64,000 nucleotides of DNA from Gammaproteobacteria bacterium (GCA_965662575.1 CBFIHN010000002.1:7087-71086); one strand, 5' to 3'; counted from the first letter of the stretch, positions 18,917 through 29,625 are shown. The notes: generated by a model from the sequence alone, not told the origin. Numbers and translations: made by a program.

Positions 18917-19471
18917 ATGAAAACTCATGATACTTTACATGTTGAGATCACTGGAGCAGATATTTTGAACTTGATTAATCATGCAGCAACCCAAGATGAT
19001 ATACAGCGCCTGTCAGTGGAATCTGCAGAAGGGTTTAATAAAGTAGGGCAGCAGTTCGAGAAAATTAGCCAGCAATTCAAAAAGGTTGATGAGCGGTTTG
19101 AGAAAATTGACCAGCAATTCAAAGGGATTGATCAGCAGTTCGAGAAAATTGACCAGCAATTTAAAGGGATTGATCAGCAGTTCGAGAAAATTGATCAGCA
19201 GTTCGAGAAAATTGACCAGCAATTCAAAGGGGTTGATCAGCAGTTCGAGAAAATTGACCAGCAATTCAAAGGGATTGATCAGCGGTTTGAGAAAATTGAC
19301 CAGCAATTCAAAGAGGTTGATCAGCGGTTTGAGAAATTAGAAGCAAAATTTGATAAGCGTTTTGAGAAATTGGAAATCAAAATGGATAAGTTAATGTTTA
19401 CCGTTGTCTCAGGCATAACATTTCCATTAGTGGTTGGGCTAGTGCTGTTTGGGATTCATTTATTTTTATAA
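18917..19471 (+). CDS. Tail-anchored coiled-coil protein made of about 15 heptads (I/V)DQ(Q/R)F(E/K)(K/G)
   Basis: Heptads VGQQFEK ISQQFKK VDERFEK IDQQFKG IDQQFEK and so on, then a C-terminal TM (FTVVSGITFPLVVGLVLFGIHLFL) followed by the stop. Confidence 0.6.
   Translation: MKTHDTLHVEITGADILNLINHAATQDDIQRLSVESAEGFNKVGQQFEKISQQFKKVDERFEKIDQQFKGIDQQFEKIDQQFKGIDQQFEKIDQQFEKIDQQFKGVDQQFEKIDQQFKGIDQRFEKIDQQFKEVDQRFEKLEAKFDKRFEKLEIKMDKLMFTVVSGITFPLVVGLVLFGIHLFL
19043..19336 (+). repeat. In-frame tandem 21-nt (heptad) / 42-nt DNA repeats
   Basis: Units ATTGACCAGCAATTCAAAGGG and ATTGATCAGCAGTTCGAGAAA alternate nearly perfectly from 19085 to 19336. One extra EK unit breaks the alternation. Confidence 0.9.
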
Positions 19472-19547
19472 TTGACCTATCATGTCATTTAGTTTCTTTG
19501 TCGGTGCTTGTGATAAGATGACTAATTTTACAGTCAATTAAACGAAA

Positions 19548-20309
19548 ATGCGTTTCCTATTCAGTCGATTAATCAAGGTTTTGGCTAACCTGTTGAAGTT
19601 GTTTTGTTATGGTTTTCATGCGGTGTTTCCTAAAAAGCGGTTTACTATCCCTAAGCAAGCTAATCCACTATGGCGTAGCAAAAAAAAGCGGCAGATTCCC
19701 CAAATTCTATGGCAAACCAATTATACTAACCAGGTGACTTTACCTGTTTATCTTAACTATCTATGCAATCGTTTATTAGCGCCAACTTATGAATATCGTT
19801 ATATGAGTACAGAAGATCGCCAAGCATTGATTGAAAAAACGTATGATCAGCGTACTGTGGATGCCTATTCACGATTGTCAGTCGGTGCCGCACAGGCAGA
19901 TATGTGGCGATTATTGGTGCTTAATCAATACGGTGGTGTCTATATGGATATCGATGCGCATTTAATTTGGCCATTATCAGCAACGGTTAAGCCGAGCATG
20001 TCAGCATTATATATCAAGCATAAGCGAGGTGAATTTACCAATTATTTTATCGCTAGTGTTGCCAATAACCAGAAGCTTCGGGCAATGGTTGACTTGATTA
20101 TTGATAATATCAATCAAGGAGATCCAGAGTCAGTCTATAGCCTAACTGGACCAACAGTAACCAATACTGTGTTGAAAGGGCAGCAAGTCGAATGGCGGAT
20201 GTATCGCGATATTTGTTTGCAAGGCAATTTTACCAATGAATACTTCCAATATATTGATCACCCCAGAGGCAAATGGACGAAAGTAAAGGCTAATGAGATT
20301 TTGCACTAA
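19548..20309 (+). CDS. DXD-motif glycosyltransferase (GT32 / Gly_transf_sug-like)
   Basis: [10 protein letters not shown] near the N-terminus and [24 protein letters not shown] (DXD). Confidence 0.6.
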   Translation: MRFLFSRLIKVLANLLKLFCYGFHAVFPKKRFTIPKQANPLWRSKKKRQIPQILWQTNYTNQVTLPVYLNYLCNRLLAPTYEYRYMSTEDRQALIEKTYDQRTVDAYSRLSVGAAQADMWRLLVLNQYGGVYMDIDAHLIWPLSATVKPSMSALYIKHKRGEFTNYFIASVANNQKLRAMVDLIIDNINQGDPESVYSLTGPTVTNTVLKGQQVEWRMYRDICLQGNFTNEYFQYIDHPRGKWTKVKANEILH

Positions 20310-20632
20310 GCGTCAGGAAGAAATCGCTTTTTATTTGGTTTGCCTTTCCATTGTGCTGCATCAATGGGCGGATCGCATTTTTCGGTGATATTTGGCCAAA
20401 TTTGAGAAAATTTCGTATTGATTTCTAAGAAATCTTCTTCTTGTTCCGTGAGATCATCTTCGGATTTAATCGCTTCAATTGGGCACTCAGGTTCACATAG
20501 TGCGCAATCAATACATTCGTCCGGGTTGATAACCAACATGTTGTCGCCTTCGTAAAAACAATCGACAGGGCAGACTTCAACGCAGTCGCCATACTTGCAC
20601 TTAATACAGTTCTCGGTTACAACAAAGGTCAT
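20306..20632 (-). CDS. fdxA: 7Fe ferredoxin (FdxA-type)
   Basis: [29 protein letters not shown]...[12 protein letters not shown]. Start placed at the conserved MTFVV rather than the track start at 20650. Confidence 0.88.
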   Translation of the reverse strand: MTFVVTENCIKCKYGDCVEVCPVDCFYEGDNMLVINPDECIDCALCEPECPIEAIKSEDDLTEQEEDFLEINTKFSQIWPNITEKCDPPIDAAQWKGKPNKKRFLPDA

Positions 20633-20805
20633 GGAAATATCAGGAGTCAAAATAAATATTGGTCCATATTTTGGCTGAGATATCGATTATTGTCTACCGT
20701 TTTAGCTATCTCTATCTTTAAATAATTGGTTTGGTCCTTCATTTGAGAATTCACAACAGATCGTTATACACTAGCTAAACTGACTATTCATGGTGAGTAT
20801 GACTT

Positions 20806-21264
20806 ATGCAAAAAACATTACAAGTTAAAATTCTGAATCCTAAGATTGGCCGTGAAATCCCCTTGCCACATTATGCCACCACAGGTTCAGCTGGTATGGA
20901 TCTTCGGGTTTGTATTGATCATTCATTTTCCATTAACCCAGGTGAAAGCACTTTGCTGCCTACAGGCTTGGCGATTTATATTGCGGATCCCAAGTTGGCA
21001 GCAATGATCTTACCACGCTCTGGCCTGGGTCATCGGCATGGTATTATTTTAGGCAATTCTGTGGGTTTAATTGACTCTGATTATCAAGGAGAGTTAAAAA
21101 TTTCCTGTTGGAATCGTAGTCAAGAATCTTTTATCATTGAGCCAGGTATGCGGGTTGCACAATTGGTTTTAGTCCCTATTGTGCAAGCAGGGATGGAGGT
21201 GGTTGATACCTTCGATGCAAGTGTTCGTGGTGAGGGTGGTTTTGGTCATAGCGGTATCCAATGA
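20806..21264 (+). CDS. dut: dUTP diphosphatase
   Basis: 152 aa with [26 protein letters not shown] and GGFGHSG motifs. Confidence 0.95.
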   Translation: MQKTLQVKILNPKIGREIPLPHYATTGSAGMDLRVCIDHSFSINPGESTLLPTGLAIYIADPKLAAMILPRSGLGHRHGIILGNSVGLIDSDYQGELKISCWNRSQESFIIEPGMRVAQLVLVPIVQAGMEVVDTFDASVRGEGGFGHSGIQ

Positions 21265-22493
21265 TCCAGAGCTTTAAACCATCTTTAGCGTGGATTGAGG
21301 CGCAGCAGCAAGCGATGCTTGACAGATTATTACAATGGTCAGCAGTTAACTCAGGAAGTTTTCATCTAGCAGGTTTACAGCGCATGGCTCACCTGGCTGA
21401 ACAGGCATTTGCAATATTAGAGCCGGATAGCATACAGCGGCTGAAAACCAAACCAATGTTGCAAGTCAATGCACATGGCGAGGAAGTTAGCCAATCATTA
21501 GGTGATGTGCTTGAATTCAAAAAACGTCCTAATGCACCGTTGCAAGTTTTACTCTGTGGCCATTTAGATACCGTTTTTGCTAAAGATCATCATTTTCAAA
21601 ACACAACTTTTTGCGACAGGAACACCTTGAATGGGCCAGGTGTTGCTGATATGAAAGGCGGTATATTGGTGATGCTCACAGCCTTGCAAGCCCTCGAGCG
21701 TTGCACAATGAAATCATCTATTGGCTGGACTGTGTTATTAAATTCTGATGAAGAAATTGGCTCATATGGCTCGCGTCCGTTGCTAGAGAATGCAGCCAAA
21801 CAACATCACCTGGGTTTAGTCTACGAACCGTCAGCAACGCCACAGGGTATCTTGGCAGGAGAGCGCAAAGGCAGTGGTAATTTTTCTATTATTGTCCGTG
21901 GGCAGTCGGCACATGCTGGGCGGGCATTTGATCAAGGGCACAATGCAGTTTGTGCTGCGGCTGAAGTCATCACCCAGCTCGATGCATTAAATGGTCAGCG
22001 TGATCAGGTGACTATTAATGTTGCTAAATTAGACGGTGGTTCAGCATTAAACATTGTACCTGATAACGCGGTGATTCGTTTTAATGTACGTACCAAACAA
22101 GCAGGAGACCAACATTGGTTAGTGAGACAAATGAATCAGATGATTCAATCGCTCAATCAGAAATCAGGTGTTCACGCAAAACTCTATGGTGATTTCACTC
22201 GGCCACCGAGACCGCTGGCTGGTCAAACCAAGCGCTTATTTGAGTTCGTCGCCGAAACAGGTGATTTACTGAACTTACCAGTGAGTTGGCAAGCAACCGG
22301 CGGTGTTTGTGATGGCAACAATCTCTGTGCAAGTGGTTTGCCCACTGTCGATACGCTGGGTGTTCGAGGGGGCCTAATCCATAGTGAGCAAGAATATGTT
22401 TTAATCGATAGTCTAACTGAACGTGCTAAGCTGTCAGCATTATTACTGTTTCGCTTGGCTAGTGGGGAATATGATGGCATGTTTACAACCTAA
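21261..22493 (+). CDS. M20-family metallohydrolase (ArgE/DapE/CPG2-like)
   Basis: [19 protein letters not shown] and NSDEEIGS motifs. Its start overlaps the dut stop. Confidence 0.8.
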   Translation: MIQSFKPSLAWIEAQQQAMLDRLLQWSAVNSGSFHLAGLQRMAHLAEQAFAILEPDSIQRLKTKPMLQVNAHGEEVSQSLGDVLEFKKRPNAPLQVLLCGHLDTVFAKDHHFQNTTFCDRNTLNGPGVADMKGGILVMLTALQALERCTMKSSIGWTVLLNSDEEIGSYGSRPLLENAAKQHHLGLVYEPSATPQGILAGERKGSGNFSIIVRGQSAHAGRAFDQGHNAVCAAAEVITQLDALNGQRDQVTINVAKLDGGSALNIVPDNAVIRFNVRTKQAGDQHWLVRQMNQMIQSLNQKSGVHAKLYGDFTRPPRPLAGQTKRLFEFVAETGDLLNLPVSWQATGGVCDGNNLCASGLPTVDTLGVRGGLIHSEQEYVLIDSLTERAKLSALLLFRLASGEYDGMFTT

Positions 22494-23511
22494 TTTGATT
22501 ATTCGCCCAGTTGATATTAACGATCTTGCTGCTCTGTATGATTTGGCTGTTGCTGCAGGGGTTGGCTTTACTAGTTTGCCTGCCAATAAGGCCGTGTTGC
22601 GCAAAAAAGTGCAATTATCCGAGGATAGTTTCACTCGAGAGCTAGCCAGTTTGACTAGTGAATATTATTTGATGGTTGCAGAAGATAGCGCAACGGGTCG
22701 AGTGGTTGGTTGCTCGGCCATTGCCGCCAATGTTGGGCATGATGAGGTTTTTTATACCTATAAAGTGGGGCGGTTGACCAAGGCCTGTCAAAATTTAGAC
22801 ATTCGTATTGAGCATCAGACCTTGACATTGACGACGGATTATCAAGGTTCAACCGAATTATGTACACTATTCTTAATGCCAGCATGTCGACAGCATTTTG
22901 GGGGCCAGTTATTGTCGCGTTGTCGCTTTTTATTTCTTGCGGAATTTAAACAACGCTTTAATCAGTATGTTATCGCTGAGATGCGTGGTGTCTCTGATGA
23001 GTCTGGTGTGTCACCCTTTTGGGAGGCTATTGGTCAACACTTTTTTGGTGGCGTCAAATATCCGCAAGCAGATTACTTAACAGGCTTGGGCGAAAAACAG
23101 TTTATTGCCGATTTGATGCCTGAGTTTTGCTTGTATACCTGTATGCTGCCACAAGCGGCGCAGGATGTCATTGGTCAAGTTCATGATGATACCAAGTCTG
23201 CATTGGCCATGCTGAAAAAAGAGGGCTTTAACTATCGTCACTATGTTGATTTGTTTGATGGCGGACCAACGGTTGAAGCGCGTTTAGAACGCATTCAGTC
23301 CGTTAAGCACAATCAACGTGCAACCATTAGTTCAATCGATGAGACAACCGATGGTAAAGCCTATGTAATCAGCAATACACGTTTAAATTTTCGTGCCTGT
23401 ATCGGCACGCTTCAGCCGCTAGAAAATGGTTTGGTTATGTTGCCAAAGACTGTCGCTGATGCACTGCAAGTTACATCAGCAGATTCAATTCGATATATGG
23501 AGGTTAATTAA
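22471..23511 (+). CDS. astA: Arginine N-succinyltransferase
   Basis: IIRPVDINDLAALYDLA...GFTSLP is typical of the AstA N-terminus. Start chosen at MMACLQ, after GGGGA. Confidence 0.8.
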   Translation: MMACLQPNLIIRPVDINDLAALYDLAVAAGVGFTSLPANKAVLRKKVQLSEDSFTRELASLTSEYYLMVAEDSATGRVVGCSAIAANVGHDEVFYTYKVGRLTKACQNLDIRIEHQTLTLTTDYQGSTELCTLFLMPACRQHFGGQLLSRCRFLFLAEFKQRFNQYVIAEMRGVSDESGVSPFWEAIGQHFFGGVKYPQADYLTGLGEKQFIADLMPEFCLYTCMLPQAAQDVIGQVHDDTKSALAMLKKEGFNYRHYVDLFDGGPTVEARLERIQSVKHNQRATISSIDETTDGKAYVISNTRLNFRACIGTLQPLENGLVMLPKTVADALQVTSADSIRYMEVN

Positions 23512-23513
23512 CG

Positions 23514-24992
23514 ATGGCACACTTTATTCATGGTCAGTGGCTAAAAGGTGACAGCAAAATTGACATTCACTCAACCGACCCGATTTACAACACGTTACTA
23601 TGGCAAGGTTTGGCAGCTAGCGACAAGCAAGTTGATATGGCGGTTAAATCAGCACGGAAAGCCTTTGATCATTGGTCATGTAAAGACTTCTCAAAACGCT
23701 TAACGATGATGGAAAAATTTCGTGATCTACTGACGGCAAACCAAGAGCATTTAACCCAATCATTGGCTGAAGAAACGGGGAAGCCACTGTGGGAATCAAA
23801 AATTGAAATTACTGGCATGATTAGTAAGCTAGCTAGTTCACTGACAGCTTATGAAGAGCGGACGGGTCAGAAAACAATTGATATGGGCAGTGCACAGGCA
23901 ATGCTGCGCCATCGGCCACACGGAGTGATCGTTGTTTTTGGTCCATTCAATTTCCCGGGGCATTTACCCAATGGGCACATCATACCCGCACTATTGGCAG
24001 GCAATACCATTGTCTTTAAACCCAGTGAGTACACACCGCGCTTCGCTGAGGAAACAATAAAACTTTGGCAGCAAGCCGGATTGCCCGATGGGGTGCTCAA
24101 TTTGGTGCAAGGGAAGCAAGATACGGGTAAAGCATTGGCCTCTCACCCTGATATTAATGGTTTATTCTTTACTGGTAGTTCACGTGTTGGTCGATTGATT
24201 CATCAACAGTTTGGTGGGCAACCTGAGAAAATTCTGGCATTAGAAATGGGCGGGAATAATCCACTCATTGTGTTTGAAGCACAAGACTTAAATGCAGTTG
24301 CTTATCACACAATTCAATCTGCTTTTCTAACAGCGGGGCAGCGCTGTGTTTGTGCGCGTCGTTTGATTATCCCTGATGGTGCGGTTGGCGATGACATTAT
24401 CCACCATTTGCTTGGAATGACAGAAAAGATGGTCGTCGCTGCCTATGATGCAGAGCCACAACCTTTTATGGGATCGTTGATTTCAGCCGTCGCAGGGCAA
24501 GGTATTTTAAAAGTACAAGATGATTTAATGACCCAAGGTGCTGAACCTTTGCTCAAAGCTTGTGCCTTAAATGATAGTGGTAGCCTATTGTCACCTGCTA
24601 TTATCGATAGCACAGCCATTAGGCGGTCTGACCAAGAATATTTTGGTCCATTACTGCAGGTGATTCGGGTTCCAAGTTTTGCTGCAGCAATCATTGAAGC
24701 AAATAATACGCAGTATGGTTTATCTGCCGGTATTTTGACAGATAACCCCGAATACTATGCGCACTATTTAGCCTGCTCACGTGCGGGTATCGTCAACTGG
24801 AACCGTCAAACAACCGGTGCTAGTGGTGATTTGCCTTTTGGAGGGGTTGGTTGTAGCGGTAATCATCGGCCCAGTGCCTATTATGCGGCAGATTATTGTG
24901 CTTACCCTGTGGCAAGTGTCGAAGATCATCGTTTGACAGTGCCAGATGCACTAACGCCGGGGTTTAATCAGGGTTTGTGCATGGTGTCATAG
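23514..24992 (+). CDS. astD: Succinylglutamate-semialdehyde dehydrogenase
   Basis: Aldehyde dehydrogenase fold (FTGSSRVG, LEMGGNNP, catalytic-Cys region GQRCVCARR) placed 2 nt after astA. Confidence 0.85.
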   Translation: MAHFIHGQWLKGDSKIDIHSTDPIYNTLLWQGLAASDKQVDMAVKSARKAFDHWSCKDFSKRLTMMEKFRDLLTANQEHLTQSLAEETGKPLWESKIEITGMISKLASSLTAYEERTGQKTIDMGSAQAMLRHRPHGVIVVFGPFNFPGHLPNGHIIPALLAGNTIVFKPSEYTPRFAEETIKLWQQAGLPDGVLNLVQGKQDTGKALASHPDINGLFFTGSSRVGRLIHQQFGGQPEKILALEMGGNNPLIVFEAQDLNAVAYHTIQSAFLTAGQRCVCARRLIIPDGAVGDDIIHHLLGMTEKMVVAAYDAEPQPFMGSLISAVAGQGILKVQDDLMTQGAEPLLKACALNDSGSLLSPAIIDSTAIRRSDQEYFGPLLQVIRVPSFAAAIIEANNTQYGLSAGILTDNPEYYAHYLACSRAGIVNWNRQTTGASGDLPFGGVGCSGNHRPSAYYAADYCAYPVASVEDHRLTVPDALTPGFNQGLCMVS

Positions 24993-25103
24993 ATTCGCTC
25001 GTCTTTGGCGATTTAACACCTGGAGGCACCGAGGTCAGGGCGGTCATGCGTTGCTATTGCGTAATAAGCAGAGTAACATAAACATAGTGACTATCTGTCT
25101 GCC

Positions 25104-26396
25104 ATGATGAGCAGAATTGTCGCGAAGATGACAGTCCTGACCATAACTGAAAGCGAACCCATGCATTACTATACGTTAATCAGCAGCATTTTACTGTTTG
25201 CTGTGATCATCCATTATATTAATCAGCGTTTTTTTGCAGTCCAAACAACTATTGCCATCACAATCGGTGCACTGCTAGCGGCACTCGTATTTTTTATGCT
25301 GCAATATTTGGATATTTTTCAAAGTACACAATGGGCGCAATCGGTGATTGGCGATATTGATTTTAAACAGATGTTGCTCAATGGCATGTTGGGTTTTCTA
25401 TTGTTTGCTGGGTCACTGACCGTCGATGTCAGCCGGCTTAAAAAATATGCCTGGGAAATCGGCACACTGTCGCTATTGGGGACAGTAGTTTCTGCCATAT
25501 TAGTCAGTTTGTTCATCAAGGGTATGTTGTCATTAATCGGCTTAGATCTGCCTTATGTCCTTTGCTTACTATTTGGGGCATTGATTTCTCCAACTGATCC
25601 GATTGCGGTGCTGGCGACATTAAAAGAAGTCAAAGCGCCTAAAGACCTGGAGGTTAAAATTGCGGGGGAATCGTTGTTTAACGATGGTATTGGTTTGGTT
25701 TTGTTTGTTACTTTTTATCACTTGGCCTTTTCTGATCATGCCGTTACAGCACTCGGCACCTTATGGATTTTTATTCGTGAAGCCCTAGGGGGGCTAGTTT
25801 ATGGTGCCATCTTGGGTTGTGCTGCCTATTGGCTCATTAAGCCGCTAAAGGATGCCAAACTTGAGATCTTAATTACCGTTTGTATTGCGTCGGTAGGTTA
25901 TGTTTTTGCGCAGCATATGGCCATTTCTGGACCATTAGCGATGGTTGTTGCCGGTTTAATTACGGGCAGTGTTATCCGAGAAAAAGGGCTCACAGAGCAT
26001 GGTCGTTTAAGCCTGGATGTCTTTTGGGAGTTAATTGAAGAGGTCTTAAACGCGGCATTATTCTTGTTGATTGGTTTAGAACTCATCAGCATGCACTTTG
26101 CACCAACTGATTTTTTGGCCGGTGTATTGGCAATTGGTTTGGTTTTAATGGCGCGATTCTTGAGTGTTTTAGGCCCGGTGCATTATTTCAAACGTCATTA
26201 TGCGCAATTGCCATTTACCGTATCAATTTTAACGTGGGGTGGATTGCGAGGTGGTTTAGCACTAGCAATGGCGTTGTCTTTGCCTAATATCCCTGCGCGT
26301 GATTTAATTTTGGTTTTGACCTACAGTGTAGTTGTTTTTTCCATTGTCGTTCAGGGATTGACTGCCAAGCCTTTGGTCAAGTTGAGTCGTAGCTAA
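25104..26396 (+). CDS. CPA1-family Na+(K+)/H+ antiporter (NhaP-like)
   Basis: 12-13 TM segments, with LISPTDPIAV and ESLFNDGIGLVLF motifs. The true start may be the ATG at 25161 (MHYYTLISS). Confidence 0.8.
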   Translation: MMSRIVAKMTVLTITESEPMHYYTLISSILLFAVIIHYINQRFFAVQTTIAITIGALLAALVFFMLQYLDIFQSTQWAQSVIGDIDFKQMLLNGMLGFLLFAGSLTVDVSRLKKYAWEIGTLSLLGTVVSAILVSLFIKGMLSLIGLDLPYVLCLLFGALISPTDPIAVLATLKEVKAPKDLEVKIAGESLFNDGIGLVLFVTFYHLAFSDHAVTALGTLWIFIREALGGLVYGAILGCAAYWLIKPLKDAKLEILITVCIASVGYVFAQHMAISGPLAMVVAGLITGSVIREKGLTEHGRLSLDVFWELIEEVLNAALFLLIGLELISMHFAPTDFLAGVLAIGLVLMARFLSVLGPVHYFKRHYAQLPFTVSILTWGGLRGGLALAMALSLPNIPARDLILVLTYSVVVFSIVVQGLTAKPLVKLSRS

Positions 26397-26438
26397 AAGC
26401 AGTATAAGCTTGGCAAAATTTTTTAATTCACTCGTGTA

Positions 26439-29400
26439 ATGAAACTGTCTGAAATTTGTATCGAACGTCCGGTATTTGCGACGGTCTTAAGCCTATTGCT
26501 GATTATCTTCGGTTGGATTGGCTATAGCCACTTGGAAACACGATATTTTCCCAAAGTCAAAGAGCCTTATGCGCAGGTTTCTGTGAGTTATCAAGGGGCT
26601 AGCCCAAGCCTAATGAATAATGAAGTCACCAAGCAGCTCGAAAATGCGCTGATTAATATTTCAGGTTTAACCAGTATTCATTCTCGTAGTTCCTATGGGT
26701 CAACTCATATTGACTTGACCTTTGAAGATGGTGCCAACATGACGGAGAAAATGGGTGAAATCCGTGATGAAGTGTCATCAATACGAGATAAATTGCCTGC
26801 AGATATTGATCCCCCTTCCATCAGCTCAGGAGGTGTGCTGCGGCCTGTCTTAAATATTGGGTTTATGGATCCGCAGATGACCCAGGCACAAATCCGTGAT
26901 TATATCAGTCAAGAGATTACCCCCATTTTATACAATCTACCAGGAATGGGTGCAGTATGGGCCTATGGCGCCAGTACCTATGCCTTGCGAATTTGGTTGA
27001 ACCCACAAAAAATGGCGGCATTGAATGTTACAGTCACTGATGTCCAGACAGCGCTGACTAATAATAATATCGATTTCTCAGGGGGGTCGATTCGTGGTGC
27101 TGATCGTAATTATTCCATTGTTTCAAACACACGATTAAGTTCGGTGAAGCAGTTTGCCAATATGATTGTCAAACAAGAAGGCAGTCAGTTTATTCGTTTA
27201 AAGGATATTGCCAAGGTTGAGCTCGGTAGCAGTAGCTTGCAAGATTCCCCCATGCGAATTAATAGCCAACCAGGCATTGATCTAGAAATTCGCCCACTGG
27301 ATACGGCCAATCCAATTACAGTCGCGCAAGAAACCAAGGACGCCTTGGCTAAGCTGAAGACAAAGCTGCCCAAAAGTATGACAATGTTAGTGACCTATGA
27401 TCAATCTGAATACCTCAAAGGGGCAATTCATGAAAGTTTTATGACACTGGTCGAAGCCATTATTTTGGTCATGCTCGTGGTGTTCTTGTTTTTAGGGTCG
27501 ATCCGTGCGGCATTGGTGCCGATTGTCACGATTCCCGTTTGCGTGATTGCTGTTTTTGGTGCGATGTTATTAGCGGGTTTTTCAATTAATGTCGTGACCC
27601 TGCTGGCCGTGATTCTCGCCATTGGCTTGGTGGTGGATGATGCTATTGTCGTTCTAGAAAATGTTCATCGTCATATTGAAACTGGTTTGGCGCCCTACAA
27701 AGCAGCATTGAAAGGGAGTAAAGAAATTGGTTTTGCTATTATTGCGATGACCATCACCCTAGCTGCTGTCTATGCGCCAGTTGGTTTCACCAGTGGTTTT
27801 AGTGCAACGGTATTCCGTGAATTTGCCTTTACACTAGCTGGTGCGGTCTTGATTTCAGGCTTTGTTGCCTTAACCCTATCGCCGATGATGTGTGCACGCA
27901 CGTTACCGCCGCATGAAAATGAAACCCGCTTTGAACTGTGGTTGGTTAAGGCTTTTGATTTGCTCAATGCCAAATATCGTCGTTTACTGGCCGTGCTATT
28001 GCAACGTCGTTGGTGGGTTGTAGTTGGTTTGTTTGTTATTGGTGGATTAGGCTATTTCGTTTATCTCTCGATGCCACAAACATTTATCCCCAAGGAAGAT
28101 ATTGGTTATTTTACTGTGAGTGTTGATTCTCCGCCAGGATCAACGGTTAAATACACCAATAGTTATATGCAGCGATTAGATAAAATTTATGCCAAAGCGC
28201 CGGATGTATTAAGTTATGCATCGTTTATTTTTTCAGGTAATGCAACCAATTTTGTCACCATGAAGCCTTGGAATCAGCGTGAGCAAAGCACACAGCATTT
28301 CTTAAAAACTTTGATGCCAAAACTCGATAATATTCCTGGTATTACCGTCAGCTCAGATATTCCTGATCCAGTCAGTTATGGTAGTGGAAGTGATGGTGCC
28401 GCGGTGACTGTGCATATTATGAGTTTAAAGGGCTATGCTGCATTGCAAAAAACAATTGATCGACTCAAAGCAACATTCAATCAATATCCGGGAATGACCA
28501 ATGTTAAAACCAACTTAAAATTTGATAACCGTGTATTTGAAGTGCAATTCAAGCGCAATCAGGCGGCAACCTTGGGTGTGTCACCACAAGATATTGCCGA
28601 TACCATGAGCATCTTAATGAGTGGTAAACATATTGGCGATATTCAACGGGGAAACGACAGTTATGATGTTCTGGTGCAAATGCAGATGAAAGACCTGAGA
28701 AGCTTTTCAGGGCTGAATAATATTTATGTTCGTGGTCGCAGCAGTGATGGTGCAAGTGATAGTGCAGTCAGTGCAACCATGGTGCCACTGAGTAACCTGG
28801 TGACACTCAGTTCAAAAGTCCGTCAGAATAATTTGTACCGCTATGGTCAGTCGCCCTCGGCAGACATCACGGCTGATTTGGCTCCGGGCTATGACTTGGG
28901 GACGGTGGTTAATTATATCAATCAAGTCATGGCAACAGATTTGCATGCCGATGAGCAATATGCCTATAGTGGACGCATACAAGCATTTCTAAAGTCCAGT
29001 GGGACAATGTTGGGTTTGTTTGCGTTATCAATTTTATTTATTTATCTAGTCCTAGCGGCACAATTTGAAAGTTTTATTGACCCATTTATTATTTTATTAA
29101 CGGTTCCCTTGTGTATTGTTGCAGCGATTGCAACACTGAAAGTCTCTGGTGGCTCACTCAACCTTTACACCAATATTGGGCTGATTACTTTAGTGGGTTT
29201 GATTACCAAGCATGGGATCTTAATTACACAATTTGCCAATACAAAACTCAACGAGGGTGCTTCCCTGATTGAATCAGTGATTGACGCTGCTGTTGTGCGT
29301 TTACGACCCATTTTGATGACAACATCGGCGATGGTCTTAGGTTCGATTCCTTTAGCCCTAGCAACTGGACCGGGTTCTAACAGTCATCAACAAATTGGTT

Positions 29401-29522
29401 GGGTAATTGTCGGTGGTTTATTATTTGGCACAGTATTTTCATTACTGGTGGTGCCGGTGGCTTATTACTTGCTGTCACCAATCGATCATCGCAAAAAGAA
29501 ACGACTCGCGCAGAAGCAGTAA
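26439..29522 (+). CDS. RND efflux pump inner-membrane subunit (AcrB/HAE1-like) with no adjacent adaptor gene
   Basis: 1027 aa with the canonical RND N-terminus MKLSEICIERPVFATVLSL and GLVVDDAIVVLENV. Confidence 0.9.
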   Translation: MKLSEICIERPVFATVLSLLLIIFGWIGYSHLETRYFPKVKEPYAQVSVSYQGASPSLMNNEVTKQLENALINISGLTSIHSRSSYGSTHIDLTFEDGANMTEKMGEIRDEVSSIRDKLPADIDPPSISSGGVLRPVLNIGFMDPQMTQAQIRDYISQEITPILYNLPGMGAVWAYGASTYALRIWLNPQKMAALNVTVTDVQTALTNNNIDFSGGSIRGADRNYSIVSNTRLSSVKQFANMIVKQEGSQFIRLKDIAKVELGSSSLQDSPMRINSQPGIDLEIRPLDTANPITVAQETKDALAKLKTKLPKSMTMLVTYDQSEYLKGAIHESFMTLVEAIILVMLVVFLFLGSIRAALVPIVTIPVCVIAVFGAMLLAGFSINVVTLLAVILAIGLVVDDAIVVLENVHRHIETGLAPYKAALKGSKEIGFAIIAMTITLAAVYAPVGFTSGFSATVFREFAFTLAGAVLISGFVALTLSPMMCARTLPPHENETRFELWLVKAFDLLNAKYRRLLAVLLQRRWWVVVGLFVIGGLGYFVYLSMPQTFIPKEDIGYFTVSVDSPPGSTVKYTNSYMQRLDKIYAKAPDVLSYASFIFSGNATNFVTMKPWNQREQSTQHFLKTLMPKLDNIPGITVSSDIPDPVSYGSGSDGAAVTVHIMSLKGYAALQKTIDRLKATFNQYPGMTNVKTNLKFDNRVFEVQFKRNQAATLGVSPQDIADTMSILMSGKHIGDIQRGNDSYDVLVQMQMKDLRSFSGLNNIYVRGRSSDGASDSAVSATMVPLSNLVTLSSKVRQNNLYRYGQSPSADITADLAPGYDLGTVVNYINQVMATDLHADEQYAYSGRIQAFLKSSGTMLGLFALSILFIYLVLAAQFESFIDPFIILLTVPLCIVAAIATLKVSGGSLNLYTNIGLITLVGLITKHGILITQFANTKLNEGASLIESVIDAAVVRLRPILMTTSAMVLGSIPLALATGPGSNSHQQIGWVIVGGLLFGTVFSLLVVPVAYYLLSPIDHRKKKRLAQKQ

Positions 29523-29625
29523 TTAGTCATGCCAGGCATGACGCATATGCTGTGCTTAATTTGCCTGTCACGCTATTGTGCCCTAAAATGCGGCGATTAT
29601 CAGCAAAACAATCTTGAGCTTTTTT

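Noticed and set aside
19013-19340. 97-aa minus-strand ORF and 84-aa plus-strand ORF over the heptad repeats
   Set aside because: The periodic 21-nt repeats keep several frames open. Only the 18917-19471 frame has a plausible N-terminal domain and a terminal TM.
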